From Myxococcota bacterium (GTDB lineage Bacteria > Myxococcota > Kuafuiibacteriia > Kuafuiibacteriales > Kuafuiibacteriaceae): 64,000 bases of DNA. The stretch covers positions 53,459 to 117,458 of the forward strand of contig JBHJGZ010000003.1 of NCBI GenBank assembly GCA_050331295.1. The letters run 5' to 3'. The translations under genes were made by a program, and so were the position numbers. Positions 1-10,767 of this stretch are shown one piece after another. Every line of letters starts with the position of its first letter. The stretch's first letter is position 1. Under the pieces are notes generated by a model that saw only the letters and a program-made list of their open reading frames with translations, was not told where the DNA came from and made no database searches.

Positions 1-1235
1 GAGCCCACGAGGAGAAACGGGTACAGCGATTTGTCGGAGTATCCCGCTTGGTTGAAGAAGTACTCGGCACCGATGACCAGAAGCCCTCCCGTCGAGTCGG
101 TCTTGAAGGGAAACTCGACCCCCACCAAAGCTTGGACGAATGCGCGATTGGACCGATCGACGGCGTCCGGAAACTCGAGGGGTTGCGTCGAGAAGTTGCC
201 TTCGAAGAACGGGGTCTCATCTCCTACCGTTACGGCGATCTCGGAGCGGACATCGAGCCGCCATAATGCAGAGGAGACATCGACCCCCCCGCGAAAGCCC
301 AACTCGTCCTCGAACGCTACGGTGACCGCGACCTCTGTTTGGCCACGAGCGATCTCCGCCCGAAGCGCGCCACCCAGATCAGAGACCGACGCGACGTCTT
401 CGAAATCCAGAATTCCATAAAGATTGATGCCCTGTGCCTCGAGCGGGACGTGCACCTTCAAGAGGCCGATACCCACCCGCTGATCGAGAAGGGCAACCGG
501 GTTCACTCGTTGCGGATTGAGAAAGTCGGTGGGATTGTAAAATCTTCCGGAGCCCCATCGGAGTCGTTGTTGACCGAGAGTTATGAAGACCCGGCGCGCG
601 AGGTCGAACTTGAGCCACAGCTGGTCGAGGATCGCCGAAGTATCGGTGATTCCGAAAGAGAAGAGGTTCACGGAGCCCAGTCCGGGGAGCCCATCCTCGC
701 TAAACGCGAAGTCGGTCTGGATCCGTCCTTGCGCGAACACGCGCAGGCGGTCGGACGGCCGAGCATCCAGGTAGATCTCCAGAAAACTCGGCGCCGTAAA
801 CGCGTAGTCATCAAACGACTGTTCCAGCAGCCCGGTGACCAAGGTCTGTAGGAACAGTCGCCCACCCAGGGAGAGGACATCTTCTCGGGCGTCCAGCTTC
901 TCGCGCAGTCTGTCTACCAAACCAGGGCCGGCGGGCCGGTCTTGAATCTGCGTGTCGGGATCTCGTACCCGCCGCGGACGAGCCGAGGCAGCCGCTGACG
1001 ACGTCTCCACGCCTCCGAAGAGGGCTCGCTCCCGCTCATCTATCGCATCGCCCGGCGTTGTTTGCGCGGGTTCCGGCGGTGCGCCGAACATCTCCTGCTC
1101 GCGAGCAGCCTCCTCATCATTTTCCTGTGCTTGGACGTCGAATGCGAAGAGCACTGCGATGACAGTCGCCACGTGCGTCCACGGCGACTTGGTGAGAAGA
1201 GAAGAGCGTCGCGACACGCCCCCGCACTTTGGCAT
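1..1235 (-). CDS. Outer-membrane beta-barrel-like protein of the ABC/LolA-like cluster (3' end outside window)
   Basis: Not in the ORF track. Manual translation from ATG 1235 gives MPKCGGVSRRSSLLTKSPWTHVATVIAVLFAFDVQAQ (signal-like), then amphipathic strands (LDQLWLKFD, GQQRLRWGSGRFYNPTDFLN). Frame stays open to the window edge and starts 4 bp after the upstream stop. Confidence 0.8.
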   Translation of the reverse strand, partial: MPKCGGVSRRSSLLTKSPWTHVATVIAVLFAFDVQAQENDEEAAREQEMFGAPPEPAQTTPGDAIDERERALFGGVETSSAAASARPRRVRDPDTQIQDRPAGPGLVDRLREKLDAREDVLSLGGRLFLQTLVTGLLEQSFDDYAFTAPSFLEIYLDARPSDRLRVFAQGRIQTDFAFSEDGLPGLGSVNLFSFGITDTSAILDQLWLKFDLARRVFITLGQQRLRWGSGRFYNPTDFLNPQRVNPVALLDQRVGIGLLKVHVPLEAQGINLYGILDFEDVASVSDLGGALRAEIARGQTEVAVTVAFEDELGFRGGVDVSSALWRLDVRSEIAVTVGDETPFFEGNFSTQPLEFPDAVDRSNRAFVQALVGVEFPFKTDSTGGLLVIGAEYFFNQAGYSDKSLYPFLLVG

Positions 1236-1239
1236 GCAG

Positions 1240-2004
1240 CTATCGGCTCTTACTCTCCAACCAGGCTTTCGTGAAGATATTGGAGTCGAGGTCGGCGAAA
1301 TCCATCTTGGTCACCACCATCGTGGTGCGGTTTCCCTTCTCGATCTCGTCGTAAACACGAATCTCCTCCGGGAAAAACACCGGTGCACCTTTCTTGGCGC
1401 TGAACACCTTCTTCCAGCGGGGATAGTAAGTGGTTCGCATCAAACGACCAGACAGGGCAAAGTCTTGCCGTTTCAGGACGTTTTTGGTCTCCACATCCAC
1501 CCAGAGATGCATGCTGGGATAAGCGACGTCCGCAGACTCCTGTTGTTCCAGGATGAGGTGGTGGACCGGAAAGCGGCCCAGCATCTCTCGGCCCCCGTAG
1601 GTGGCGTCGTACTCTTGAGCCAAACGAGACTCGTCGAAGTCAGCCCTTCGCGTGTCGGTTCCGAGAATCCGCTCGCGCTCCGTGCGGCGCTCCCACTTCC
1701 CGACCGTCGGATCGTACAGGAAGAGATTGTCTTCCATCCGCAAGTAACCTTTACCAGCCTCGGACTTCGGCTTGAGAAACATGATCAGCAACTTGTCGTC
1801 TTCATCTCGCCGATAGACCACGGATTGATACACCAGATCATTCTTGTCCTTCTCCTTCTGCTCGATGAGCACCAGCGTCTTGAAGTCACCGGCGGTTCGT
1901 TGCTTCTCATCGAGCAGCTCCAACATCTGATCCGCCTCGTCGTCGGTGAGCGGAGTCTGAGTTGCGGAGATAAAGAGACTTGCTAAACAAATTTGAAGAA
2001 TCAT
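1240..2004 (-). CDS. Outer-membrane lipoprotein-sorting (LolA-like) protein
   Basis: Signal peptide; FLKPKSEAGKGYL..DNLFLYDP motif typical of LolA-like sorting proteins; in an operon with ABC permeases. Confidence 0.85.
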   Translation of the reverse strand: MILQICLASLFISATQTPLTDDEADQMLELLDEKQRTAGDFKTLVLIEQKEKDKNDLVYQSVVYRRDEDDKLLIMFLKPKSEAGKGYLRMEDNLFLYDPTVGKWERRTERERILGTDTRRADFDESRLAQEYDATYGGREMLGRFPVHHLILEQQESADVAYPSMHLWVDVETKNVLKRQDFALSGRLMRTTYYPRWKKVFSAKKGAPVFFPEEIRVYDEIEKGNRTTMVVTKMDFADLDSNIFTKAWLESKSR

Positions 2005-2008
2005 GTTC

Positions 2009-3346
2009 TTAGCCTATGTGATGGATTGCAGTAATTGGTTCGAGTCGTGAGGCGCGATATGCTGGAAGCAAAGCAGCAAGGACCGCCAAAAGGGTGAATG
2101 CGCCTACAGCCGCGAGCATCTGCGTCGGCCTGACCACCATGTGTAAGTGTTCGCTCATGAGGATGGCCTGAATCGCGTCACTCGGAATCCGCGGAGACCA
2201 GAGGTCCAGCCCCGTGGCCACGAGGCCGCCCGCAAAAGCGCCCACCGACGTGGAAAAAGCTCCCAACAGAACCGCCTCGATGACGAACATTCCGAGGACC
2301 GAAGATCTTCCCATGCCAATGGCCCGAAGAGTTCCGATCTCCGCGGTTCGTTCCCGCACGCTGATCCACATGCTGTTCATGACGCCAATCCCGATCAAAA
2401 CGACCAGGATACTGACCAAGGCGAACGAAACGGTATCGACTGCGGTCAGGACCCACGTGAGAAAGAGGACTTCATCCTTCCACGTGCTGAGGTCGAGTTT
2501 CTGTCCGGTCCAGCCCTGACCCGATATCGGACCGAACTTCGTGAAGAACGGAACGGGCTCATGGGCCATCACGTCATAGCCTTTCCGACGCAAGCCATCC
2601 CGTATTACCTCCATGACCTCGACGCTGTCTCGGTGGTCGCTCAAATAGACCTGGAAGACGCCGGTCACGTCGTCATCGAGGGCGTAGACCTCTCGGACCA
2701 CGTCTTCGTGAACGAAGATGCTGAAGTTAGAGAGAAAACCGATGTCCTTCGCCACGGCAACCACCGTGATATCCGCAGAGTTGCGGGCTCCCTGGGGCGT
2801 CTCTGCAACCACGGTCAGACGATCGCCGACGCGCACACCGAGCCGTTTCGCCTGAGCCGAGAACAAGAGCGCGCTCCGCGGCTCGTCGAGGCGCGCCACG
2901 TCACCCTCGAACTCGTCCGGGCCTCCGTCTCTGTACTCACTCACCGGCGCCAACCGGATACGGTCGACGAAAGCTCGCTCTTGGGCGACGTCGATGCCCG
3001 TCATGCCGACCTGGATGGACGTCGTCGGGCTTATGATTCGACCGAACCCGCGAGTCCGAGATGCGACACGGGCCCCCGGCGGAATCAGGCTGTTCACGTC
3101 CGCTGCAAGCCGCTTGGCGTCTTTGACCACCGGCGCAACATCCGAAGGTTTCGCTTTGAAGAAGCCGCCCACGTTGACGTGGCCGGTCGACAAGATCGTG
3201 ACCGACCGGATCATGGTGTCGGAGATGCCCGCCGACAGAGCAAGGAGCAACACCAAGAGCATCGTCACCATGGCGAGCGCGAACGCCAACACCGCAGTCC
3301 GTCTCCGTGCCTGAATCAAGTTCCGGAGCGCGATCGTAAAGAACAT
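2009..3346 (-). CDS. ABC transporter permease, FtsX/MacB/LolE family
   Basis: Start MFFTIALRNL overlaps the upstream stop (TGATG); ERTAEIGTLRAIG motif; TM1, periplasmic domain, three C-terminal TMs. Confidence 0.9.
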   Translation of the reverse strand: MFFTIALRNLIQARRRTAVLAFALAMVTMLLVLLLALSAGISDTMIRSVTILSTGHVNVGGFFKAKPSDVAPVVKDAKRLAADVNSLIPPGARVASRTRGFGRIISPTTSIQVGMTGIDVAQERAFVDRIRLAPVSEYRDGGPDEFEGDVARLDEPRSALLFSAQAKRLGVRVGDRLTVVAETPQGARNSADITVVAVAKDIGFLSNFSIFVHEDVVREVYALDDDVTGVFQVYLSDHRDSVEVMEVIRDGLRRKGYDVMAHEPVPFFTKFGPISGQGWTGQKLDLSTWKDEVLFLTWVLTAVDTVSFALVSILVVLIGIGVMNSMWISVRERTAEIGTLRAIGMGRSSVLGMFVIEAVLLGAFSTSVGAFAGGLVATGLDLWSPRIPSDAIQAILMSEHLHMVVRPTQMLAAVGAFTLLAVLAALLPAYRASRLEPITAIHHIG

Positions 3347-5451
3347 CAGTCTTCGTCCCTCATCGCCTCGATCGGTTGGACATTCGCGGCCAGATACGCC
3401 GGGTACAGCGCTGACATCGAGGCCACTCCGGTCACGGCAAGGAATGACAGGAGCACCTGGGTCATTCCAAAAGTCGGATACAGCCGGGGGCCCCCGAACA
3501 GAAAGAACAGGACCTGGTGCCAAGCCGGGATACCGGTGTGTCCCAGGACCAGGAGCACCGCACCGCCGACGACGATGCCGACGATGCCAGCGAGGAGGGA
3601 AAGAGCCAGCGTTTCTGCAAAGAACAAACCCAAGACGGTGCTCCGCTGTGCGCCTATCGCTCGCATCGTCCCGATCTCCGAGATGCGTTCCAGGGTCGCG
3701 GTGAGGGTACTGTTGTTGATGATGACCAAAGCCACCGTGAAGATGATGGCGAGGGCGATATAGAGGACGACGCGAATCACGACAATGAACTGACCGACGA
3801 TGCCAGCCGCCTGCTGCCAGGTGACGACCTTGAACGGCAGGCCATCTCGTGCCAGCGCACGAGCGATGGCCGTCTTGGCCCTGGCGGGTGAAGCCCCTTC
3901 CTCCAGCGTAACGGCGAGGTTCAGGGCCATTCCGCCATCGATGTCGGACTGGAGAAAGTTCTCGTCGAAAACGACTTCCGACCGGCCCCGAAGCTGTGAG
4001 AAGTCAATCTCTGCAAACTCGTCGAAGGCACCATAAAGTCCCTGAGCATCGCCTCGCGCTTCCTCGGCTCGGCCGGATCCGAACAGTGCTTCTTCGGCGT
4101 CGGCGCGACCGATGTCCTCAACGCCGACTTCGCGTCTCATATCGTCCAGCTCGCGAAGCCGCTTCGGCGTCATCAGGCCGTACAACTCTCGGAAGGTCAT
4201 CAGGTCCATTAGATTGTGGGACCCAGCCAGGTCAGAACCGTCGAGACCTTCGAATTTGAAGACTCCAAAGAAACGTACGTTCACTGCCTTCAGGAAACCG
4301 GACCGAGTGAAAGTCCGAATGGTAACCGTCTCGCCGATGTCGACGTCGTAAAGGTCGATGAGTGGAGCGACGTGCTCGTAGAACCACTCGTACCGTGAAA
4401 CGACGTTGCTGTCGTCGACGGTCAACATGGCTTTCAGGAGGGCGGGAAGTTCGGGCCTGGTCTCGGGAAGCAGTCGCTTCAGCTCGGGAATCAGCTGCGC
4501 CCTTTCTTCAGATGTGAGGTCCAACGCGACCCTCCGCCACTGGGTGCTCATCCGGCCGGCTAGGGTTTTGAGGAGGTCATCCTCAGCCAAACTCAACTCC
4601 TGCTCGACCACCATTCGGTGCACGCGGTCGAACAGGCGGGCGACATGATGTTTGACTTGCTGCTCGTAGAATTTCTCGTTGAACATCAAACCTCGGGTCA
4701 AAGGGGGGATCGTCTCGCCCTTGACCAGACGGAACCGATCGAAGTTTTCGATGAAGCGAGGCACATCGGTACCGAGGTAGCGAAAGTAGATGATCTGCCC
4801 TTCCATCGACTCGGGCGCCACCCGAGTGTCCAGGTACTCGAGCTTCTCGAGGGGTCGAGCCTCGAACTCTTCCCAGAACGTATCCGTCTGCGCGTGGAGC
4901 ACCGCCTCCAGGGCCTGGTCGAGCCGAGCCCGGTCGCCCGAGATCTCTCGGCGCCGCATGAGCTCATCTGACACGTCGCGAACCAGTTCCCTCACCCGCT
5001 GGCTCCCCTCTCGGACGGCTCTTTCGTCGCCCTCGTAGACCGCTGATCGAAGTTCCTGTAGGGCGGCATCCATGACACCCGGGTTGCTGATGGCGGCAAA
5101 ATCCAGCCCCATCGGGACGACGGCTTCAACCCCCGGTACGTCGAGGATCACGCGTGTCGCGTCATCGATGTGGTCTACCCGACCGATGTCATCACTCCCC
5201 ATCAGGCCGCCGCCGAACAGCGACAGCTCGTCTCGACCCTCCGACGAGTAGACCTGCAGTTGTCCCGCCAGGCTCTCGGTGATCGAGGCCGACATGGAAC
5301 GCTCGATGCTGTCCAAGAGCGAAAGCCCGACCAGCACCAAGGCGGTGCCGAGAGCCAGAATGGATCCCACCAAGACGCTTCGCTGGCGATGACCCACGAG
5401 GTTTCGGAGCGCGAGGGCCAAGACCAGGCCCGCTTTACGAATCGTCCGCAT
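3346..5451 (-). CDS. ABC transporter permease, FtsX/MacB/LolE family, with enlarged periplasmic domain
   Basis: LALRNL N-terminus; ERISEIGTMRAIG; PIEAMR C-terminus. Start taken at MRTIRK. Confidence 0.9.
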   Translation of the reverse strand: MRTIRKAGLVLALALRNLVGHRQRSVLVGSILALGTALVLVGLSLLDSIERSMSASITESLAGQLQVYSSEGRDELSLFGGGLMGSDDIGRVDHIDDATRVILDVPGVEAVVPMGLDFAAISNPGVMDAALQELRSAVYEGDERAVREGSQRVRELVRDVSDELMRRREISGDRARLDQALEAVLHAQTDTFWEEFEARPLEKLEYLDTRVAPESMEGQIIYFRYLGTDVPRFIENFDRFRLVKGETIPPLTRGLMFNEKFYEQQVKHHVARLFDRVHRMVVEQELSLAEDDLLKTLAGRMSTQWRRVALDLTSEERAQLIPELKRLLPETRPELPALLKAMLTVDDSNVVSRYEWFYEHVAPLIDLYDVDIGETVTIRTFTRSGFLKAVNVRFFGVFKFEGLDGSDLAGSHNLMDLMTFRELYGLMTPKRLRELDDMRREVGVEDIGRADAEEALFGSGRAEEARGDAQGLYGAFDEFAEIDFSQLRGRSEVVFDENFLQSDIDGGMALNLAVTLEEGASPARAKTAIARALARDGLPFKVVTWQQAAGIVGQFIVVIRVVLYIALAIIFTVALVIINNSTLTATLERISEIGTMRAIGAQRSTVLGLFFAETLALSLLAGIVGIVVGGAVLLVLGHTGIPAWHQVLFFLFGGPRLYPTFGMTQVLLSFLAVTGVASMSALYPAYLAANVQPIEAMRDED

Positions 5452-5458
5452 GAAAACG

Positions 5459-6190
5459 CTAGCCGGCTCGGGCAGACCGCGTCGAGTCAGCACGGACCAG
5501 GTTCAACCCGTCGTCCTGTATCACCCCGTCCACCAGCCGGATGACCCGGTGGGCCTGGCTCATCACGGAGTGGTCGTGCGTGCTGAAAATGAATGTGGTG
5601 TTTGCAGACCGGTTGAGCTCCTTCATCAGGGCGATGATGGAGGCACCGGTCACGCTGTCGAGGTTCGCGGTGGGTTCGTCGGCGAGGACGATGGCCGGCC
5701 TCGTCACCAGCGCCCTCGCGATGGCCACACGCTGACGCTGTCCCCCCGAAAGCTCATTGGGTCTCTGGTTAATCTGCGGAGTGAGCCCGACGCGGTCGAT
5801 GATGTCATGAACCCGAGCCTTCCGTTCCCGTCGTGACAGCCGCCCTTGAAGCAAGAGCGGAAACTCGACGTTCTGGAACACGTCGAGGACCGGCACGAGG
5901 TTGAAGCTCTGAAAAATGAATCCGAGCTTTTCGAGGCGACAACGGGTCCGGTCTCGTTCCGACAATCGACCGATCGAAGCGCCGTCGATGACGACCTCAC
6001 CGGTGGTGGGGACGTCCACGCACCCGATCAGGTTCAAGAGCGTCGTCTTGCCGCTCCCGGAAGGGCCGGCGATGGTGGCGAATTCGCCCGAATCGATCGT
6101 CAAGTCGATGCCGCGAAGCGCCCGTACCAAGGTTGATCCTAAGGGATAATCCTTGGTGACGGAATCGATGACGACGAGTGGCCCGGTCAT
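5459..6190 (-). CDS. ABC transporter ATP-binding protein (LolD/MacB-like)
   Basis: Walker A GPSGSGKT, signature LSGGQ, Walker B/D-loop LADEPTANLD. Start taken at MTGPLV. Confidence 0.95.
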   Translation of the reverse strand: MTGPLVVIDSVTKDYPLGSTLVRALRGIDLTIDSGEFATIAGPSGSGKTTLLNLIGCVDVPTTGEVVIDGASIGRLSERDRTRCRLEKLGFIFQSFNLVPVLDVFQNVEFPLLLQGRLSRRERKARVHDIIDRVGLTPQINQRPNELSGGQRQRVAIARALVTRPAIVLADEPTANLDSVTGASIIALMKELNRSANTTFIFSTHDHSVMSQAHRVIRLVDGVIQDDGLNLVRADSTRSARAG

Positions 6191-6288
6191 GGCGTGCAGT
6201 GTGGGTAGGCCCGCCAGAGCGTCAAGCAGAGGCCACAATTCGATTCCCCGGAAGCCCAAAGACGCGAAGGTCTTCCGCCACAGGTTTC

Positions 6289-7551
6289 ATGCCTCGCGCA
6301 CGGGTTCGTTTTACGGCAGCATTGCTGCTATCTTGGCGCTTCGCCGTGGAACGTTGGGCCGATGCCGCAGATGGTCGCCGCCGGCCGGCACCTCCACCTG
6401 GCTGGTCAGCGGTATTCATATCCGCCCAAATCGTCCTCGGCCTGAGCGTGCCGGCGGCTCGCGCTCAACCCGCAGAACCCGCCTCGGACGACGAACAAGA
6501 CCGGACCGAATCGTCTTCGCGCGACGCCGCGACCGACAAGCGTGACTCGACCGCCTCGATGGGTGCAGGCAATCCGTTGAGCGTTTCGGAAGAGGATGAG
6601 AAACGTTGGACCCTCGCGGGCTCGGTGGAGGTCGACGTCGGTTCCTCGATCCTCGCCACCGACGATGCGTTCGTCGCGCTCGCCTTCAATGCGCAAGGCT
6701 TCTATCGCCTCAGTAAGCTATGGGAAGGACAGGTCGACGCGGTGCTCCAGCTCGGCGGAACCCAGCGACTGGATGCATCGGTGCGCGACGGACTGGGCGG
6801 GACCGCGCCGCAGCAGTTCTTCTTCTCGGACATCGTTGTCGGGTTCCTCGGCCGCCGGCTGTTTCTGGAAGACAAGACCGGCATCTCATTTGGCGCCAAC
6901 ACGCTGTTTCGCCTGCCGACGTCAGACGCGGCCCGGGCGTTCGACCGAAGACTCCGCTGGGATAACACCCTCAATGCGGCCCGGTCGTTTGGAAACGTGG
7001 GTCCTGGTACCGCGATCTTCGTCCTCAGGGGAACCTTTCGGAAAGACTTTGCCCCGGACAATCCGTCCCTCGATGACAACGAAGCTCCGAGCATCGTCGC
7101 CGGCGTGTGTTCGGCTGGAGCGACCCGGGCTGACGGAACATGCGCCAGCGACCAAGCCAACCTCGACTGGGGATTCATCAGCTCGATCACGGCGAGATAC
7201 CTGACCCGGGTCGGTCTCAATTTCTCGACTTCATTCAGCATCTTCTACAATCGCTTCAGTGACATCGGAGGGGGAGAGGACCCAGAGACCCTCGTCGCCG
7301 GCGACGGACTGGAAGTCGGTTCCAGCCCGAACAGCGTTTCGGGGCCCGCGAGCACTCTGTCATTCTTCACCGCGTTCAGTATCCAATACGTCTTCAATCC
7401 GTATCTTTCTGCCAGCACCGGGATTCAGACGCTCCAGAACGCCTTCGTATTCGAAGGCGACAGCAATCGAAGCGTTTCAAATCCGTTCTTTGCAGAAGAT
7501 GCTGCTGATAATTCGACGTCATTCTTCTTCAATGTTGCTGCGAACTACTAG
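6289..7551 (+). CDS. Putative outer-membrane beta-barrel protein
   Basis: Signal-like segment ending AARA-Q; alternating hydrophobic strands; C-terminal FFFNVAANY resembles a BamA beta-signal. Start uncertain. Confidence 0.7.
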   Translation: MPRARVRFTAALLLSWRFAVERWADAADGRRRPAPPPGWSAVFISAQIVLGLSVPAARAQPAEPASDDEQDRTESSSRDAATDKRDSTASMGAGNPLSVSEEDEKRWTLAGSVEVDVGSSILATDDAFVALAFNAQGFYRLSKLWEGQVDAVLQLGGTQRLDASVRDGLGGTAPQQFFFSDIVVGFLGRRLFLEDKTGISFGANTLFRLPTSDAARAFDRRLRWDNTLNAARSFGNVGPGTAIFVLRGTFRKDFAPDNPSLDDNEAPSIVAGVCSAGATRADGTCASDQANLDWGFISSITARYLTRVGLNFSTSFSIFYNRFSDIGGGEDPETLVAGDGLEVGSSPNSVSGPASTLSFFTAFSIQYVFNPYLSASTGIQTLQNAFVFEGDSNRSVSNPFFAEDAADNSTSFFFNVAANY

Positions 7552-8792
7552 AGGAGGCTGAGAAGCCACGCGATCACCAGGAGCAGGAAGACCGCGAAGA
7601 GCCCCCCGACCGCCCTCGGCCATCGCTTCTGCTGCCGATTCTCCTCGAGAGCTTCGATACCCGCCTCAGCTTTCATGAATACTTCTCGGCTGGCCGATGG
7701 AAGGTCGGACCGTTCTTCAGAGGTGTCGAATGCCGCACCATCCAGCGGAGCCGACCCGCGCATTCGCCCGTGCACCGGTGACAGGCTCGCGGGAACCGCG
7801 GGCCCAGAAGACGGCGTTGTAACCGGTCCTTCGTTCGAAGCAGTCGGGGACGTCAGCGACAGGACCGAATCGAGGAATCGTTCGACCGCACGGTGTTCGT
7901 CTGTCTTTCCAGCTTGCGCAAGGGCTCTCTCCAAAGCCTTCCGCAGAGCCGAAGCGGTTTCGAAGCGCTGGCCGGCGTCGGGGTGCAGAGCGATCTCCAG
8001 TGCTTCTGACATCGCGGTCCACCGAAACGGGAGCAGGCGCTCCACCGGGGGCCGTTCGCGGTTCAAGATCGCCCGCATGGTCTCCTCACGAGAAGATCTT
8101 CCGTAGATCTGCTTTCCAATCATGAGTTCCAAGACCAGGAGTGCGACGCCGTACAGGTCGGCGCGCGGTCCTACCGTCTTCTTCGCTTGAAACTGTTCGG
8201 GCGAAGCATAGGGAAGCGACGCCGAGGGCACGCGAGGCGAAGCAAAACTGACGGCCGTGTGACCGAAATGCGCCACGAAGACGCGGCCGGTCGAAGCGAC
8301 GTACACCGCGTCCGGAGAGACGTTCTGATGAAGAAAACCGGCTTCGTGCGCGAAGCCCAGCCCATCCAGGACACGCAGGCCGATCGTCGTCGCGACGTCG
8401 ACCGGTGCTGGCATCCGAAGGGACCACAGACGCCTCATCAGCGGCATCAGCCGCACGCCATGATGGTACTCATAAACAATGGCTGGTCGATCTTCGACCT
8501 GTATCGACTGCAGGGCTCGGAGAATGTTGGGGTGACGGAGCCGGAGAGCCATCTCCGCGCTGCCTAGAAAAAACGGCCGAAAGCGAGGCGTCTGCCAAGC
8601 TCGTGGCGACGGGCACTCCAAGAGCACGAGTTTGGTGGGGCCCGTCGATTGGTCCTCTCCGGTGTAGAGGGTAGAGAAGTCGGTCGAGCCCTCGATCCGC
8701 ACGATTCGATATGGACCGTAGGTCCGACCTAGACACTGCAGATCAGCCGAACTCTGCCCCTCGAAGGGCTGGGGCTCCGACTGCCAGGGCAT
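7548..8792 (-). CDS. Membrane-anchored Ser/Thr kinase-like protein, probable pseudokinase
   Basis: Kinase fold (LRHPNI, YASPEQ, ADLYG), but VAIK>VLLE, HRD>HQN and DFG>HFG; C-terminal TM. Confidence 0.85.
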   Translation of the reverse strand: MPWQSEPQPFEGQSSADLQCLGRTYGPYRIVRIEGSTDFSTLYTGEDQSTGPTKLVLLECPSPRAWQTPRFRPFFLGSAEMALRLRHPNILRALQSIQVEDRPAIVYEYHHGVRLMPLMRRLWSLRMPAPVDVATTIGLRVLDGLGFAHEAGFLHQNVSPDAVYVASTGRVFVAHFGHTAVSFASPRVPSASLPYASPEQFQAKKTVGPRADLYGVALLVLELMIGKQIYGRSSREETMRAILNRERPPVERLLPFRWTAMSEALEIALHPDAGQRFETASALRKALERALAQAGKTDEHRAVERFLDSVLSLTSPTASNEGPVTTPSSGPAVPASLSPVHGRMRGSAPLDGAAFDTSEERSDLPSASREVFMKAEAGIEALEENRQQKRWPRAVGGLFAVFLLLVIAWLLSLL

Positions 8793-8907
8793 CGCCCGAA
8801 TCTAACGCAGCGAGCCTTCTGATTCACGGCCACCTCTCCCCCGTTCGTGGGTTGGTGTCGGCACGAGTTTCAGAGTCGCGACGCGGCGTCCGGGCACGTC
8901 TTCTGCG

Positions 8908-10758
8908 TCACAGACCGTCGGCTTGTTGCCCGGTTAGAGCTGCCTTGATGGACGTGTTCATACGACGCGCGGCGAACTCGGCCGAGGCCTGGTCCAGAGC
9001 TTCGATACGCTCCCGGATCAGTTGCGGGTTGGCGGCGGACATCGCTTCCTGAAGCTCTTCCCTTTTGGCCTCGAGTTCCTGCCGCTCATCTGGAGCCAGG
9101 AGGTGACCATCGTTTCGAAGCGCCTTCTCCAGCGCAACCAGGATCTGCTCGCCGTCGACCCGTGCCTCAACCAGTACCCGATGGCGAACGTCGCCCTCGG
9201 CGAACTCGAAGGACTCCATGATCATTCGCTCGATCTCGCCGTCATCCAGACCATACGAAGGTTTGACTTCGATGGACGCGCGCTCCCCGGTGGTTTGCTC
9301 GATGGCAGATACGTTGAGCAGACCATCCGCATCCACCGAGAACGTGACCAGTACCTTGGCCATACCCGCCCCCATTGGGGGCAGATTGGAAAGCTTGAAC
9401 CGGGCGAGGGAACGACAATCCGATGCCATCTCTCGCTCACCCTGGACCACGTGAAGGTCGATTGCGGTTTGCCCGTCGACGTAGGTTGTGAACTCCTGCG
9501 CCGCCTCGGCGGGTATGGTCTGATTTCGGTGCAGGAGCTTTGCAGCTGCTCCTCCCATCGTTTCGATTCCCAACGACAGCGGCAAGACGTCCAGGAGGAC
9601 CACGTCTTCCCGTGGTCCCCGACCTGCCAGCAGGTCGGCCTGCACCGCCGCCCCGAGAGCCACGACTTGGTCGGGGTCGAGGTCACACAATGGTTGTTGC
9701 CCGAAGAGTTCGGCCACGAAGCCACGAACCCTCGGTACGCGCGTCGACCCGCCGACCAACACGACGCCGTCGAGCTCCTCGCCATCCAAACCGGTGTCCT
9801 TGAGCACCCGCCGGATCGGAGGCAGGGTCCGTTTGAGGATCGGCTCTATCAGGTCGTCAAACTCCGTACGACGGAGCGAAAAGCTCTCGCCGCCGATCTC
9901 GATGGTCGTCAGCTCCTGCTCCGTCAACGATTCCTTGGCCTGTCGAGCGGCGGCCAAAGCCTCAGCCGCCGTCTTTGGATCCGCATGCCTCGGGTCTTGA
10001 CCGCATCGAGCGAGAAAGTGCTCAGCCACCGCTCGGTCGAAGTCGTCTCCGCCTAAACGAGCGTCTCCGCCGGTGGTCAGGACGTGGAACACGCCGTCTT
10101 CCAGGCGGAGCACGGAGATGTCGAAAGTCCCCCCGCCGAGGTCGAAGACCGCGAACATCCCTTCCTTCTTTTTGTCGAGGCCATAGGCCAATGCAGCGGC
10201 GGTCGGCTCATTGAGCAGCCTGAGGACCTGAAGCCCAGCAACCCGAGCGGCATCTTTGGTGGCCTGGCGCTGCGCATCGTCGAAATACGCCGGTACGGTG
10301 ATGACCACGCCTTCCAGCGGGCCCCCCAACGCCGCTTCGGCCCGGGCTTTGAGGGCTGCCAAGATCCGAGCCGAGACCTCGATCGGTGTCACGCTGTCGC
10401 CGTGGCCGAGGTCGAAATAGACAACCGGCCCATCCGAGCGTGAGGTGAAGCGGAACGGAGAGAGCTCGGTCTGGGCCTGGGCTTCGGCCTGGCTCCTTCC
10501 CATGAAACGCTTGGCCGAAGCGATGGTCCGGTGGGCGCGCTCGCCCGCCCGACTCTTCGCTTCGTATCCGACCTCAACCGTGGCGTCGGTCCCGAAGTGT
10601 ACGACCGACGGAAGCGTGGCTCTCCCCTGGGCGTCGAGCAGGACCCGCGGCGAGCCGTCATCCATGACCGCAACCAGAGAAAAAGTCGTACCGAGATCGA
10701 TGCCGGCAACGAGCCCGGCGCATCGTTCTTTATTTTGTCCAATCTGTAGTAGTGACAT
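8908..10758 (-). CDS. hscA: Fe-S assembly chaperone HscA (Hsp70)
   Basis: [21 protein letters not shown] motifs; 616 aa; follows hscB in the isc operon. Confidence 0.95.
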   Translation of the reverse strand: MSLLQIGQNKERCAGLVAGIDLGTTFSLVAVMDDGSPRVLLDAQGRATLPSVVHFGTDATVEVGYEAKSRAGERAHRTIASAKRFMGRSQAEAQAQTELSPFRFTSRSDGPVVYFDLGHGDSVTPIEVSARILAALKARAEAALGGPLEGVVITVPAYFDDAQRQATKDAARVAGLQVLRLLNEPTAAALAYGLDKKKEGMFAVFDLGGGTFDISVLRLEDGVFHVLTTGGDARLGGDDFDRAVAEHFLARCGQDPRHADPKTAAEALAAARQAKESLTEQELTTIEIGGESFSLRRTEFDDLIEPILKRTLPPIRRVLKDTGLDGEELDGVVLVGGSTRVPRVRGFVAELFGQQPLCDLDPDQVVALGAAVQADLLAGRGPREDVVLLDVLPLSLGIETMGGAAAKLLHRNQTIPAEAAQEFTTYVDGQTAIDLHVVQGEREMASDCRSLARFKLSNLPPMGAGMAKVLVTFSVDADGLLNVSAIEQTTGERASIEVKPSYGLDDGEIERMIMESFEFAEGDVRHRVLVEARVDGEQILVALEKALRNDGHLLAPDERQELEAKREELQEAMSAANPQLIRERIEALDQASAEFAARRMNTSIKAALTGQQADGL

Positions 10759-10767
10759 CGTCTGCTT

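Noticed and set aside
2147-3763. 538-aa plus-strand ORF, and similar long ORFs at 952-1986, 9022-10056, 12176-13507, 50226-51800 and 61096-62769
   Set aside because: Antisense shadows of well-supported genes, expected at high GC; no recognisable motifs.
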